A DNA stretch of 64,000 nt from an uncultured delta proteobacterium (GTDB lineage: Bacteria > Myxococcota_A > Polyangia > Fen-1088): contig CAVYGB010000010.1 in the NCBI GenBank assembly GCA_963767925.1, positions 1,376,001 to 1,440,000 of the forward strand, written 5' to 3'. Position 1 is the first letter of the stretch. Each line of letters opens with the position of its first letter. The translations under genes were made by a program, and so were the position numbers. The notes beneath the pieces were generated by a model. It did not search any database, was not told the origin of the DNA, and saw only the letters and a list, made by a program, of their open reading frames with translations. Below are positions 20,897-31,111 of the stretch, one piece after another.

Positions 20897-22219
20897 TCAG
20901 CCGGTGCGCCAGGCCTTGCCGGCCGGGAAGGCATACTCCTCGAGGACCTCCGGCTTCATGGTGATGCTGTAGCCCGGGGCCTTCGGGGGCATGTAGCGCC
21001 CGTTCCTGGTGACCAGCGGATCAACGAAGTGCTCGTGCAGGTGGTCGGCGTATTCGGTGAGCCGGTCCTCCAGCGAGGCGCTCACGCACACGTAGTCGAT
21101 GATCGACAGGTGCTGGACGTATTCGCACAGGCCCACCCCGCCGGCGTGGGGCCAGACCGGCAGGCCGAACTTGGCGGCCATGAGCAGCACGGCGAGGATC
21201 TCGTTCACCCCGCCCAGCCGGCAGCTATCGATCTGGCAGTAGCCGACCGCGCCGGCCTGCATGAACTGCTTCCACATCACCCGGTTGTGGCACATCTCGC
21301 CGGTGGCGACCTTGATGGGGGCGATGGCCCGGGCGATGGCGGCGTGGCCCAGCAGGTCGTCGGGGCTGGTCGGCTCCTCGATGAAGTGGGGGCGGAACTC
21401 GGCCAGGGCCTTCATCCAGCGGATGGCCTCGCCGACGCCCCAGACCTGGTTGGCGTCGGTCATGAGGTGCCGGTCCCAGCCGATCTCCTCGCGGATGATG
21501 CGACAGCGGCGGATGTCGTCCTCGAGGTTGCGGCCGACCTTGATCTTGAAGTGGCGCCAGCCGCGGGCGGTGAGATCGCGGCAGAGCGCCCGCAGCTTGT
21601 CGTCGGGGTAGCCGAGCCAGCCGGCCGAGGTTGTGTAGGTCGGGTAGCCGTCGCGCTCCATCTCGGCGATGCGGGCGGCGCGGGTGGCGACGTTCTTGCG
21701 GAGGATCTCGATCGCCTCGGCCGGGGTGAGGGCGTCCTCGATGTAGCGGAAGTCGATGCAGGCGACGATCTGCTCGGGGGTCATGTCGCAGACCAGCTTC
21801 CAGACCGGCTTGCCCTCGGCCTTGCCCCACAGGTCCCAGATCGCGTTGACGACGGCGGCGGTGGCCAGGTGGATGACCCCCTTCTCCGGGCCCACCCAGC
21901 GGAGCTGGCTGTCGCCGGTGATGGCCCGCCAGGAGCCGGCCATGTCGCCGGTGAAGTCGGCCAGGCTCTTGCCCACCACCAGGGGGCGCAGGGCTTCGAG
22001 GGCGGCCACGCAGATCTCGTTGCCCCGGCCGATGGTGAAGGTCATGCCGTGGCCCTCGAGGCCGGACACGCTGGTGCGCAGGATGACGTAGGCGGCCGAA
22101 TAGTCGGGATCGGGGTTCATGGCGTCCGAGCCATCGAGCGTGCGCGAGGTGGGAAAGCGGACGTCGCGGGCGTCGAGGCCGGTGATGACGATCGAGCGGG
22201 CGGGTGGTGTTGCAGGCAT
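20897..22219 (-). CDS. fucD: L-fuconate dehydratase (enolase superfamily, ENOSF1/rTS-beta-like)
   Basis: DVRFPTS, GSDAMNPDPDYSAAY, YTTSAGWLGY, FKIKVG, DANQ, EEPTSPDD, ATGE, PHAGGVGLCE. Confidence 0.92.
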   Translation of the reverse strand: MPATPPARSIVITGLDARDVRFPTSRTLDGSDAMNPDPDYSAAYVILRTSVSGLEGHGMTFTIGRGNEICVAALEALRPLVVGKSLADFTGDMAGSWRAITGDSQLRWVGPEKGVIHLATAAVVNAIWDLWGKAEGKPVWKLVCDMTPEQIVACIDFRYIEDALTPAEAIEILRKNVATRAARIAEMERDGYPTYTTSAGWLGYPDDKLRALCRDLTARGWRHFKIKVGRNLEDDIRRCRIIREEIGWDRHLMTDANQVWGVGEAIRWMKALAEFRPHFIEEPTSPDDLLGHAAIARAIAPIKVATGEMCHNRVMWKQFMQAGAVGYCQIDSCRLGGVNEILAVLLMAAKFGLPVWPHAGGVGLCEYVQHLSIIDYVCVSASLEDRLTEYADHLHEHFVDPLVTRNGRYMPPKAPGYSITMKPEVLEEYAFPAGKAWRTG

Positions 22220-22272
22220 GGCGCCCGCATATCTACACCGGCGGCGGCCCCGCCGGAATCGTCAGAGCGGGC

Positions 22273-23640
22273 TCAGCGGGCTTGCCGCAAACTGGCGAGC
22301 GCCCTGGCGCGGCGCCGCTGCCACTCGGGGGCGCGCGCGTCGGAGGCGAAGCGGCGCAGGAGGTCGCGGTAGGCGTCGGCGGCCGGCTGCCACTTGCCCT
22401 CGGCGAACAGCCGATCGGCCCGCTCCAGCAGGGCCGGCAGCGGCTCGAGCGGCTCGGCCCGCTCGCTGGCCCGGGACGCCAGCTTGGCCTCGGGGCGCCC
22501 GGCCGGAGCCGAGGTGGCGACGGCGGCGGGGGCCGCCGCTTCGGGCTCGAGCGGCGCACCGGCCGAGGCCCGCGGCGGCACCAGGATGGGCGCCCGCGCC
22601 GGCCGGGGCCGGTCGTCGAGCCCGAAGGACAGGTCGTGGCTCACGCTGGGAGCGGCGGGCTTCTGGGGCCGGTTGGCGATCCGGTAGTCGACGGCGTCGG
22701 CCTCGTCGGCCGCGGTGTCCTGGTCGGCCGCCCGACCGATCGTCCGGTCGGCAGGCGCCGCCCGGTCCTCGCGCTGCGCGCCGAGGTCGCGCTTGCTGGC
22801 GACGGCCGCTGGCGGGGCGGGGACCGGAGCGCGGGCCTCGGCGGCGGAGGCCTCGGGGGCGGGGGGCGGCGGGGGAGCGAAGCGCAGGGACCGGGCGCGG
22901 CCGAGGCCCTCCTCCTGGCGGAGCCGGCGGCGGGCCGGCTGCCCGAACCCGTCGGCCGGGCCGGGGTTGCCCGGGCCGGCGCCGGCACCGCGGGCGGCAG
23001 CAGGGCGGGCCAGCCGCGCCGGGGCGCTCTCCCCGGCGGGCAGGCTGGCGCCCTTGCCGCCCGCGGCCTCCCGGGGGGCCTCGGCCTTGGCCTTCTCCCC
23101 GAGGGCGAGGTCGTCCGCGCCTTCGCTGGCTTGCTGCCGGACGCTCTCGTCCAGCGCGGGGGCGAGGAGCGGCGCGGGCGCCGGCTCGGCGAGCCCGCGC
23201 TCGAGCGCCTCGCGCGGGCCGTCCAGGATGGCCGGGCGGGCGATGAAGAAGATCGCCAGCAGCGAGACGGTGGCGAAGGCGGGCAGGAACCAGGGGCGCC
23301 GCAGCCAGGACCAGAAACCCTCGCGCGCGGCGTGGGGGCCGATCTTGCCGGATCGCTGGCCGGGGTCGCGGGGGGCCGGCGCCGCGAGGGGGACCACCCG
23401 CTGGCGCAGGGCGAGCTCGGCGGCGGCCATCACGTCGCGCCGGATGTGGGCGGGCGCGGGCGCGGACAGGGGGCCGTCCAGGGCCAGGCGGGCCGTGCGC
23501 CGAGCGCGGTCCATCCCCTCGACCTCGCGGCGGCAGGCGTCGCAGGTGGCGAGGTGGGCCTCGAACGCGCGCCGGGCGTCGCCGTCCAGCTCCCCGTACA
23601 GGTGATCGACGATCCGGTCGGTGGCCTCGGGGCAGGTCAT
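22273..23640 (-). CDS. Zinc-finger (zf-HC2) anti-sigma factor with TM segment and Ala/Pro-rich C-terminus
   Basis: FEAHLATCDACRRE (HxxxCxxC), TM segment AFATVSLLAIFFIA; start overlaps the sigma stop. Confidence 0.85.
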   Translation of the reverse strand: MTCPEATDRIVDHLYGELDGDARRAFEAHLATCDACRREVEGMDRARRTARLALDGPLSAPAPAHIRRDVMAAAELALRQRVVPLAAPAPRDPGQRSGKIGPHAAREGFWSWLRRPWFLPAFATVSLLAIFFIARPAILDGPREALERGLAEPAPAPLLAPALDESVRQQASEGADDLALGEKAKAEAPREAAGGKGASLPAGESAPARLARPAAARGAGAGPGNPGPADGFGQPARRRLRQEEGLGRARSLRFAPPPPPAPEASAAEARAPVPAPPAAVASKRDLGAQREDRAAPADRTIGRAADQDTAADEADAVDYRIANRPQKPAAPSVSHDLSFGLDDRPRPARAPILVPPRASAGAPLEPEAAAPAAVATSAPAGRPEAKLASRASERAEPLEPLPALLERADRLFAEGKWQPAADAYRDLLRRFASDARAPEWQRRRARALASLRQAR

Positions 23641-24266
23641 GGCGTCTGCTCCGCTCCGGAGGCCGCCGCCCGGGGGCCGGGCTCGCGCCAGTCGGCGAGG
23701 GCCACCCGCATCCGCTCGAGGGCGTAGCGCATGCGGCTCTTGACCGTGGGGAGGCTGGCCCCCACCGCCACCGCGATCTCGGCGAAGGGCAGATCCTGCA
23801 GCTCACGCATGAGGAACACCTCGCGCTGCTCGACCGGCAGGCTGGCCAGGGCCTCCTCGATGCGGGTGGCCATCTGCCGATTGTTCAGCGCCACCTCGCC
23901 GCCGCGATCGCCACCCGTCACCAGGTCGATCCGGCGGGGTCCCGATCCCTCGGACTGCCCGTCGGGCTGGGCCGGACCGTCGAGCGAGCTGGTCCGACGC
24001 AGGCTCATGCGGCGCGCGTGGTCGGTGCACAGGTTGCGGGCGATGGTGTAGACCCATGTCGAGAACTTCGCGGTAGGCTGCCATTCGTCGGCGCTGCGAA
24101 CCACACGCAAGAACACCTCCTGGAGCAGGTCCTCGGCCGAGGCCCCGTCTGCCACGAAGCGCCGCAGGAAGTTCCACAGCGCCCGTTCGTGACGGGTCAC
24201 GAGCTGGGAGAACGCCTGCACGTCTCCGCCTCGGTACGCCGCCATGAGAGCCTCGTCCGTCGTCAT
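23637..24266 (-). CDS. ECF sigma-70 factor
   Basis: DEALMAAY, AEDLLQEVFLRV, FSTWVYTIARNLCTD, LPVEQREVFLMRE, TVKSRMRYAL. Confidence 0.93.
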   Translation of the reverse strand: MTTDEALMAAYRGGDVQAFSQLVTRHERALWNFLRRFVADGASAEDLLQEVFLRVVRSADEWQPTAKFSTWVYTIARNLCTDHARRMSLRRTSSLDGPAQPDGQSEGSGPRRIDLVTGGDRGGEVALNNRQMATRIEEALASLPVEQREVFLMRELQDLPFAEIAVAVGASLPTVKSRMRYALERMRVALADWREPGPRAAASGAEQTP

Positions 24267-24490
24267 GTGTAGTGGGATCCCCGCAAGGGGCGCCCGGACC
24301 CGGGGTTCTTCGAGCTTCAATGCTACGCCACCGGTGTCCTCTGCAGGGTGGCAACGCGCCAGCGGGGGCAAAGATCTGAGAAAAGCGCAGGGGGGATCGG
24401 CGTCGCGGGCAGGGGTTGCGGCGCGTCTGGGCGGGCGGGTCGCGGCGGACCTGGTCAGGTGCGGCGGGGATACCCACCTTGCCGACAGGG

Positions 24491-25669
24491 ATGGGATTGC
24501 ACCGCACGCAGCTCCTGGGGAATACGGGCGCGCTGCTCGACGCCTTCTTTGCCGACGCGGCCCGGGCCACCCGCCGGATCTGGGTGGAGTGTTTCATCGT
24601 CCGCGCCGACCGGCTGGGGCAGATGTTCGCCGACGCGCTCGCGGCGGCCGCCGCCCGGGGGGTGGACGTGCAGCTCCTGTACGACCCCATGGGCTGCCGG
24701 GCCACCGACCCGGCCTACTTCACGGCGCTGGCCGGCCGGGGGGTCAAGGTGTGCAGCTACGGCCGGGACGTCCACCACCAGGTGGCCCGCCTGCTGCCGC
24801 GGGCCCGCAACCATTCCCGCATCTACCTGCTCGACGACGCCGCCTACACCGGAGGCCACGCCTGGGGCGACGAGTGGCTGCCGCGCGAGCGGGGGGGGAT
24901 GGGCTGGCAGGACGTGTGCTGCCGGGTCGAGGGCCCGGTTGTCGAGGACATGGCCCAGCTCTTCCAGCGCCGCTGCCTGGAGGCGAAGGGGACGCCCACC
25001 ATGCTCGACTACGACACCGAGGGGCACTACCCCGACCTGCGCCTGATCTCCGACGCCCCCTCGTTCACCAGCGTCCTCTATTACGCCTACCTGGAGGCGT
25101 TCGCGCGCGCGCGCCGGCGCATCTGGCTGGCCAACGCCTACTTCTTCCCGCCCCGCGACCTCATCGTCACGCTGGTGCAGGCGGCCCGGCGCGGGGTTGA
25201 CGTGCGGCTCATCCTCCCGGGCGAGAGCGACATCCCCCTGCTGCGCCGGGCGGCGCGCGCCGAATACCTGGACTGGCTGGAGGCGAACGTCGGCATCTGG
25301 GAGTACCGGGGCACGGTGATGCACGCCAAATACGCCCTGGTCGACGACGCCTGGAGCACCATCGGCACCTTCAACGCCAACGCCGCCAGCCTGTCGGTGG
25401 CCATCGAGACCGCGCTGCTGAGCTGCGATCGCGACTTCACCGCCAGCGTGGCCGAGCAGTTCGAGCTCGACCTGACCCGCAGCGCGCGCATCTCGCTCGC
25501 CGACGTGAGGAAGCTGCGCTGGCGGGACCGGGCGCTCGACGCCCTGGCGCACGGGGTGATGACCTTCGGGGACGCCATCCTGGATCCGACCGGGCGGCAA
25601 GGGGTGCGGCGCAAACCGCAGCCCGGCCCTGTCAGGGTGACGGCCGATGTCCGGGCTTCGACCCGATAG
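24491..25669 (+). CDS. Phospholipase D superfamily protein (cardiolipin synthase ClsB-like)
   Basis: RGVDVQLLYD, RNHSRIYLLD (variant motif 1), IWLANAYFFP, MHAKYALVDD (motif 2). Confidence 0.85.
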   Translation: MGLHRTQLLGNTGALLDAFFADAARATRRIWVECFIVRADRLGQMFADALAAAAARGVDVQLLYDPMGCRATDPAYFTALAGRGVKVCSYGRDVHHQVARLLPRARNHSRIYLLDDAAYTGGHAWGDEWLPRERGGMGWQDVCCRVEGPVVEDMAQLFQRRCLEAKGTPTMLDYDTEGHYPDLRLISDAPSFTSVLYYAYLEAFARARRRIWLANAYFFPPRDLIVTLVQAARRGVDVRLILPGESDIPLLRRAARAEYLDWLEANVGIWEYRGTVMHAKYALVDDAWSTIGTFNANAASLSVAIETALLSCDRDFTASVAEQFELDLTRSARISLADVRKLRWRDRALDALAHGVMTFGDAILDPTGRQGVRRKPQPGPVRVTADVRASTR

Positions 25670-25731
25670 GCGTTGGCCGATTGTCCCGCAGAGGTCCAAA
25701 CCCATAGTGGGTGAGGGTGAGGAGGTGGACG

Positions 25732-25956
25732 ATGGCTCAGGCGAACAATCCGGAGGGTGGCACGCAGGCGTGGGATGAGGGGACGAGCGAGATGGAGATC
25801 GATCCCGTGTGCGGGATGGAGGTCGACCGCGCGACCGCCGCCGGCTCCAGCCACTACCAGGGGACGCGGTATTACTTCTGCTCGGAGGAGTGCAAGCTGA
25901 GCTTCGACGCCAGCCCGGAGGAATACGTCGGCAGCCCCGACAACGTGCAGGCCTGA
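25732..25956 (+). CDS. YHS-domain protein
   Basis: GGAGG RBS; DPVCGMEV...YQGTRYYFCSEECKLSFDASPEEY. Confidence 0.9.
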   Translation: MAQANNPEGGTQAWDEGTSEMEIDPVCGMEVDRATAAGSSHYQGTRYYFCSEECKLSFDASPEEYVGSPDNVQA

Positions 25957-25987
25957 GCTCGCCCTCCCGCAGGGCGTCCGGAAGATC

Positions 25988-26019
25988 ACCTCTCCCCACG
26001 GCAGACCGCGGGGAGAGGT
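25988..26019. terminator. Hairpin between convergent genes (bidirectional terminator or REP-like)
   Basis: ACCTCTCCCCACGG-CAGA-CCGCGGGGAGAGGT. Confidence 0.6.
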
Positions 26020-26034
26020 TGAACCTGCACCGGG

Positions 26035-29000
26035 CTATTGCACGGGGCCCCCGTCGGGGCCGCCGGAGCTGGGGAGACAGGCGCCGGCGTTTGGCGCGAC
26101 TGGGGCGCAGAACATCCCGGTCGGGCAGCTCGGGTCGACGCAATGGCTGCGGCAGCGACGGCCGTCGCTGCCGTCGAGGCAGCTCAGCCCCGGGGCGCAG
26201 TCGCCCGGGAGGTCGCAGGCGGCGCCGAGGGGCGACGAGCCGCTGGGGAGGCAGATCGTCGATCCGGGCTGGAGGTAACAGGCCTGCTCGCTGCCGGCGC
26301 ACCCGGTCTGGGCGATGACGTTGCAGCCGGTCTGGCTGTCCGAGGGGGCGCAATACCCGACCCAGGTCGACGGGTGGGTCGATCGACAGATGGTCTCGGA
26401 GGGGCACGAGGGGCTGCGGGTGTCGCAGTAGCGCCGGCACACCGTCCCGTCGTTGTCGGAGAAGCAGCCCGAGCCGGGGCTGCATTCGGCGCTGACATCG
26501 CAGGGCTGCCCGAGGCTGCCAATGCCGGCGGGCCCGCAGGCGTGGGCGCCGGCGGCGCTAACCTGGCAGTAGTCGTCGGCCGGACAGCCGGTGAGCAGCA
26601 CCGGGTCGCAGCCGGGCGCCGGGCCACACAGCCCCAGCGCGGCGTTGCCAGGGGCGACCTGGCAGTAGGGCGTCTCCCCCGGACAGGTGGTGGCCCCGGC
26701 GGCGCAGATCTTCTGGCAGCGCCCGGCGTGGCACTGGCTGCCCGGACTGCAGCTCGCGTCGGAGGCGCAGTCCGCCCCCTGGCCGCCGCTGCCCGCGGGG
26801 GCGCAGGTGGCCACGTCGCCGGGGCCGCGCAGAAAGCAACCGGTGCCGCTGGTGCAGCCGCTCTGCAGGAGCGGATCGCAGGAAGGCCCCGGGGCGGTGG
26901 CGTCGAGGCGAACGCGATAGAGCCCGTCGCTCGAGCCCTGCCCGGCCACCACGAACATCACGGTCTCGCCGAGGACCGCGAAGGTGTCGAGCACGCCCGG
27001 CTGCAGGACCCGGGGTGGGTAGCTCTTGCCGTCGTAGACGCGCAGGGTGGCCCCGCCGCCGAGGGCGGCCGTGCGGGTGACGCCGCCGCCGCGGTAGGAA
27101 GTTTGGGCGAACACCAGGGCGCCCGAAGCGGTGAACGCCATGCGTGGCGAGGCGTCGCCGAGCGGCAGGAACGGGCCGGCGCCCGGCACGAGGGGCGAGA
27201 AGGAGAGCCCGGCCTGCTCCCCCGCGACGACCGCCATCTTGTCGCCAGCCAGGGAGAGCTGGCCGTAGGACCACTCCAGGATCTGGGGGCCGCTCGACAC
27301 CTGGAACAAGCTGCCGTCGCCCAGATTGACCGCCCAGAGCTCGGGGATCTGATCGCCGTTGCTGTCGCGCACCAGCGTCATCCGCCCCGCGGCGGGGGCG
27401 AACAGCACGTATTCGAGGTTGGCCCGGTCGGCCAGGTTCACCCGCTGCGGGTTGGCCGGGTCGGCGATCTTGCCCAACGTGCCGACCCTGTCGACCACGT
27501 CGCTGATGAACAGGAGCTCGCCGGCTCCCGCGGGGGTCCGCCACCAGGCGAAGCCGAAGGTCCCCGGCACCAGATCCCGCACCGTCGGCGTGGCCGAGAC
27601 GCTGGCCACCGCCAGGGTGCCCGGGCCCTCCCCCTCCCCCTCGACGATCCCCCGCCGGAAGGCGAGGAAGCGGGAGTCGGGCGAGAAGCTCAGATCGGTG
27701 TCGAGCGCCTCCTCGCTGATCACGGTCGGGGCGGGCGACCCGCTCGGCAACCCCTGCAGGAAGATGGCCGGCAGGCTGGTCGAGCTGCTGCGGGCGCGCA
27801 GGGCCAGCCAGGCCTCGTCGTCGGAGAACACCGGCTCGGCGATCTCGGCCCAGGTCCGGAACAACGTCTGCACCACCGGCAGCGGGCTGCCCCCATCGAC
27901 CAGCGGGCCCCGCTTCAGGTCGAAGGTCTCGCCCAGATCGCCGCTGGGCTGGAAGTTGCTCAGGCAGGCGGCGAAGCGGCCCCCGCGGCTGAAGGTGCAG
28001 ATCGCGCTGGTGGGGGCCAGCCGGTGTGGCTCGGTCCAGCCCGGGCGCCAGGCCAGGGTCTCGCCCGCCGTGTTGCCCCAGACCAGGGTCCCACGCACGA
28101 AGCCGGGCCGATTGGGCGGGCCGAAGGAGTTGGCGTTCTCCGAGAGCTGGCGGGGCGACACCGGACCGGTCGCCCGGCCGTCGAACACCCACAGCTCGAC
28201 CTGGCCGGTGGGGAGCTGGCCCCCCGGGGTGCGCAGGAAGGCGCAGAAGCCCGAGCCCGGGTCGCAGGCCGCGGGGGCGTGATCACCCTCGATGGGATCG
28301 ATGCCGATGGCCCCGCTGCCGGCCAGCTCGACGGTGCCGGAGACGAGGAGCTCGCCGCCCGCGCGCACGGCCACCGGCGAGCAGGCGCCCTGCCCGTTGC
28401 AGGTGCCGGAGCTGGGGCAGTCCTCGCGGGGATCCTGGCCGGCGGGGACCGGCGTGCAGACTCCCGCCTGCCCGGTCAGGGTGCAGCTCGCGCACAGGCC
28501 CAGGCAGGGAGAATCGCAGCAGATGCCGTCCACGCAGTGCCCGGAGGTGCAGCCGAGCCGACCGCCGCAGGTGGACCCGTTGGCCTGCGGGATCACCGGG
28601 CCGGTGTCGGGCTGCACGTCGGTCGGGCCATCGGACGGCGGGGCATCGGGGACCCCCGCGTCGGGCAGGGGGTCGGGGCCGCTGACGGTGGTGCTGGCCT
28701 GGGCCTGGGTGGTGCGCCCGCGGCCGTCGTCGGCCATCACGATCAGCCGGTAGACCCCGGGCAGGTCGGGCACGAAGGCGGGGGTGCGGGTCTCGCCGTC
28801 GCCGAGCAGGACCGTGCTGCCGGGGGGGCGGGTCAGCTCGTAAGAGAGGGTCAGCCCGTCGCCGTCCTCGTCGCTGGCGGTGATTGTCGCGCGCACCGCC
28901 GTCCCCACCCGCCCGCTCCCGGGCAGGGTCAGGGCCAGCAGGGGCGCGTGGTTCACCTCGGGCGCGAGCGCCAGCACCACCAGCTCGTCCCGCTCCTCGG

Positions 29001-31026
29001 AGGTGCCGTCGCCGACCACGAGCGACAGCCGGTAGCTGCCGGGCGCCGCCGGGCGGAAGCGGGGCAGGAGGGCGTCGCCGTCGAGGATCTCGACGGTGGC
29101 GCCGGCCGCGTCGCGGGCGGTCCAGGCGAAGCTGAGGGTGTCGCCGTCGGGATCGGAGGCGCTGGCCAGGGGCACCACCTGGCCGCCGACGGTGGTTGTC
29201 AGATCGGGGCCGGCCGAGATCTGGGGGGGCGACTTTCCGCTACGGGCCAGCTCGGAGTCGACAACCTCGATGGTGAACTCGGCGGTGACGGTCTCGGGCG
29301 GCTCGGCCGCCTGGAGGACGGGGGCGGGCGGGTCCACCCCGAACAGGCGGCGCCACCAGGGCAGCGGCGCCGGCGGGAGCTGGGCCGCCGGGCGCCCCAG
29401 GTCGGCGACCTGGGCCCGCACGCGGTGCAGGCCCGGGGTGAGGCCGTTGGTGTCGAGACCCGGCCCGTTGCCCAGCATGCCGTCGCGCGAGGAGATCCAC
29501 CGGATCCCCGAGGAGAGGTCGCCGTCCTCGACGTCGGCCGCGGCGGCGCGCAGCTTCAGGAACTGGCCACGCACCAGGCGGCCGCCCTCGCCGCCCCCGA
29601 CGGCGGTGCCGCCCACCGAGAGGATGGGAGAGCGGTTGTCACCGAGGGGCATGACCTCGACGCCGCGGCGGTCGAGGTTGTCCTCGGCGTTGGTCTCGAC
29701 GAGCTGCCGGGTGGAGTCGGCCCGGGCCACGATGTACAGGTTGCCGTCCTGCGGGGGGGTGATCTCGGTGCGGCGCACGGCCCGCCCGCCCGCCTTGACG
29801 CCGTCGACGGTGAGGGTGCGGACCTCCCCCAGGCCACCTTCGGTGCGGCCGTCGCGGGAGAGCACGACGTCGATCTTGAAGGGGTCGGTGTCGACGCTGC
29901 CCAGGTTCTCCACCTCCACCTCGACCGGCATGGGCTGGCGGCGGCGGGCGGCGCCGGCGGCCGGGGGCCGCACCCGCACCCGCACGTTGGCCGCGGCGGG
30001 GGCCGCGCTGGCCTGGAACCACTGGCAGCGCAGCTCCGACTCGAGGTCGGCCCCCGGGAACACCGGGCGCACGCAGACGTAGTGCTCGCCGGCGCGCACG
30101 CTGATGGCCAGGCTGCGCGCGCTCGGGGCCACCCGCTGGCTGGGGCGGGTCGTGTTCACCCCCACCTCGAAGGCCAGCAGTCGATTTTCGCTGTCCTGCA
30201 CCCCCCAGGTCACCATGGCGTCGCCGTTGCTGTCGGGGGTGCCGATCACCAGGCTGGAGACAACGGGGGCGACGTGGCCGTCGTCGTCGCGCCGCTCGGC
30301 GGCCGCCGTCACCTGCTGGGGCTGCACCATCACCCCCGCCCGGCGCACGCCCGAGGTGGAGACAACGCGCGAGCGGGTGCGCACCGAGCTGCCGGTGGCC
30401 GGGCGCGCGCCGTCGACCTTGAGGGCCAGCAGGGTGGCGGGCAGCGGCGAGCGGTACATGTGGAAGCGCGCGCTGGCCATGCCGGCGGCGTCGAGCACCG
30501 GCGAGAAGACGATCTCGGGGAGGTTCTCGGTCCGGGCCCGGGCCGAGACGCCGGCCAGGTCGGCCTCGCCGAGGTACTCGTCGTCGAACACCTTCTGGCT
30601 GACCCGCACCGCCCGGCCGGGCACGTCGGCGGTGGAGGCGGTGAGCGGCACCGTGCGCTGTCCGCCCCGCTGGACGCGCACCAGCGCCGGCCGGTAGCCC
30701 TCGGCGTCCTTGCTGACGCGGACGAAGAAGCCGTCGTCGTCCTCCTCCTCGGGGAGGGCCTCGATTTTGGCGCCCTCCACCGGCTTCTGGGTGTCGGCAT
30801 CGATGAGGAAGACGTCGGCGAACACGCTGGCGCTCGACGCGATCCGGGCCTGGCCGCGGGCGTTCGTCGCGGCGGTCAACATCTGGCCCCGCCGCACCGG
30901 CAGCGATGTGTCCTCGGGACCGACACTGCCGTCCCGCGGACCGGGCTTGCCACTGCCCCCGCAGCTCAGCGAGGCGCCCAGCGCCGCCACCACCCACAAC
31001 CACCCCGGCCGGCCAAGAGAAGGCAT
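26035..31026 (-). CDS. Large multidomain surface lipoprotein (CARDB/Ig/PKD-like domains, beta-propeller-like region, Cys-rich repeats)
   Basis: ASLSC lipobox; VEVENLG...ADSTRQLVETNAEDN (CARDB); ASDPDGDTLSFAW (PKD/Ig); CVDGICCDSPC; FSPDSRFLAF-type repeats; three C-terminal CDP/CNV...GC repeats. Confidence 0.85.
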   Translation of the reverse strand: MPSLGRPGWLWVVAALGASLSCGGSGKPGPRDGSVGPEDTSLPVRRGQMLTAATNARGQARIASSASVFADVFLIDADTQKPVEGAKIEALPEEEDDDGFFVRVSKDAEGYRPALVRVQRGGQRTVPLTASTADVPGRAVRVSQKVFDDEYLGEADLAGVSARARTENLPEIVFSPVLDAAGMASARFHMYRSPLPATLLALKVDGARPATGSSVRTRSRVVSTSGVRRAGVMVQPQQVTAAAERRDDDGHVAPVVSSLVIGTPDSNGDAMVTWGVQDSENRLLAFEVGVNTTRPSQRVAPSARSLAISVRAGEHYVCVRPVFPGADLESELRCQWFQASAAPAAANVRVRVRPPAAGAARRRQPMPVEVEVENLGSVDTDPFKIDVVLSRDGRTEGGLGEVRTLTVDGVKAGGRAVRRTEITPPQDGNLYIVARADSTRQLVETNAEDNLDRRGVEVMPLGDNRSPILSVGGTAVGGGEGGRLVRGQFLKLRAAAADVEDGDLSSGIRWISSRDGMLGNGPGLDTNGLTPGLHRVRAQVADLGRPAAQLPPAPLPWWRRLFGVDPPAPVLQAAEPPETVTAEFTIEVVDSELARSGKSPPQISAGPDLTTTVGGQVVPLASASDPDGDTLSFAWTARDAAGATVEILDGDALLPRFRPAAPGSYRLSLVVGDGTSEERDELVVLALAPEVNHAPLLALTLPGSGRVGTAVRATITASDEDGDGLTLSYELTRPPGSTVLLGDGETRTPAFVPDLPGVYRLIVMADDGRGRTTQAQASTTVSGPDPLPDAGVPDAPPSDGPTDVQPDTGPVIPQANGSTCGGRLGCTSGHCVDGICCDSPCLGLCASCTLTGQAGVCTPVPAGQDPREDCPSSGTCNGQGACSPVAVRAGGELLVSGTVELAGSGAIGIDPIEGDHAPAACDPGSGFCAFLRTPGGQLPTGQVELWVFDGRATGPVSPRQLSENANSFGPPNRPGFVRGTLVWGNTAGETLAWRPGWTEPHRLAPTSAICTFSRGGRFAACLSNFQPSGDLGETFDLKRGPLVDGGSPLPVVQTLFRTWAEIAEPVFSDDEAWLALRARSSSTSLPAIFLQGLPSGSPAPTVISEEALDTDLSFSPDSRFLAFRRGIVEGEGEGPGTLAVASVSATPTVRDLVPGTFGFAWWRTPAGAGELLFISDVVDRVGTLGKIADPANPQRVNLADRANLEYVLFAPAAGRMTLVRDSNGDQIPELWAVNLGDGSLFQVSSGPQILEWSYGQLSLAGDKMAVVAGEQAGLSFSPLVPGAGPFLPLGDASPRMAFTASGALVFAQTSYRGGGVTRTAALGGGATLRVYDGKSYPPRVLQPGVLDTFAVLGETVMFVVAGQGSSDGLYRVRLDATAPGPSCDPLLQSGCTSGTGCFLRGPGDVATCAPAGSGGQGADCASDASCSPGSQCHAGRCQKICAAGATTCPGETPYCQVAPGNAALGLCGPAPGCDPVLLTGCPADDYCQVSAAGAHACGPAGIGSLGQPCDVSAECSPGSGCFSDNDGTVCRRYCDTRSPSCPSETICRSTHPSTWVGYCAPSDSQTGCNVIAQTGCAGSEQACYLQPGSTICLPSGSSPLGAACDLPGDCAPGLSCLDGSDGRRCRSHCVDPSCPTGMFCAPVAPNAGACLPSSGGPDGGPVQ

Positions 31027-31111
31027 TGCAGAGTCACCATCTCGGCGCGATTGCGAGACAAGTTGAGGACCCTCCGCCCGGTCGGGCCGCGCCGCCCGGG
31101 TGCGGGCGGAC

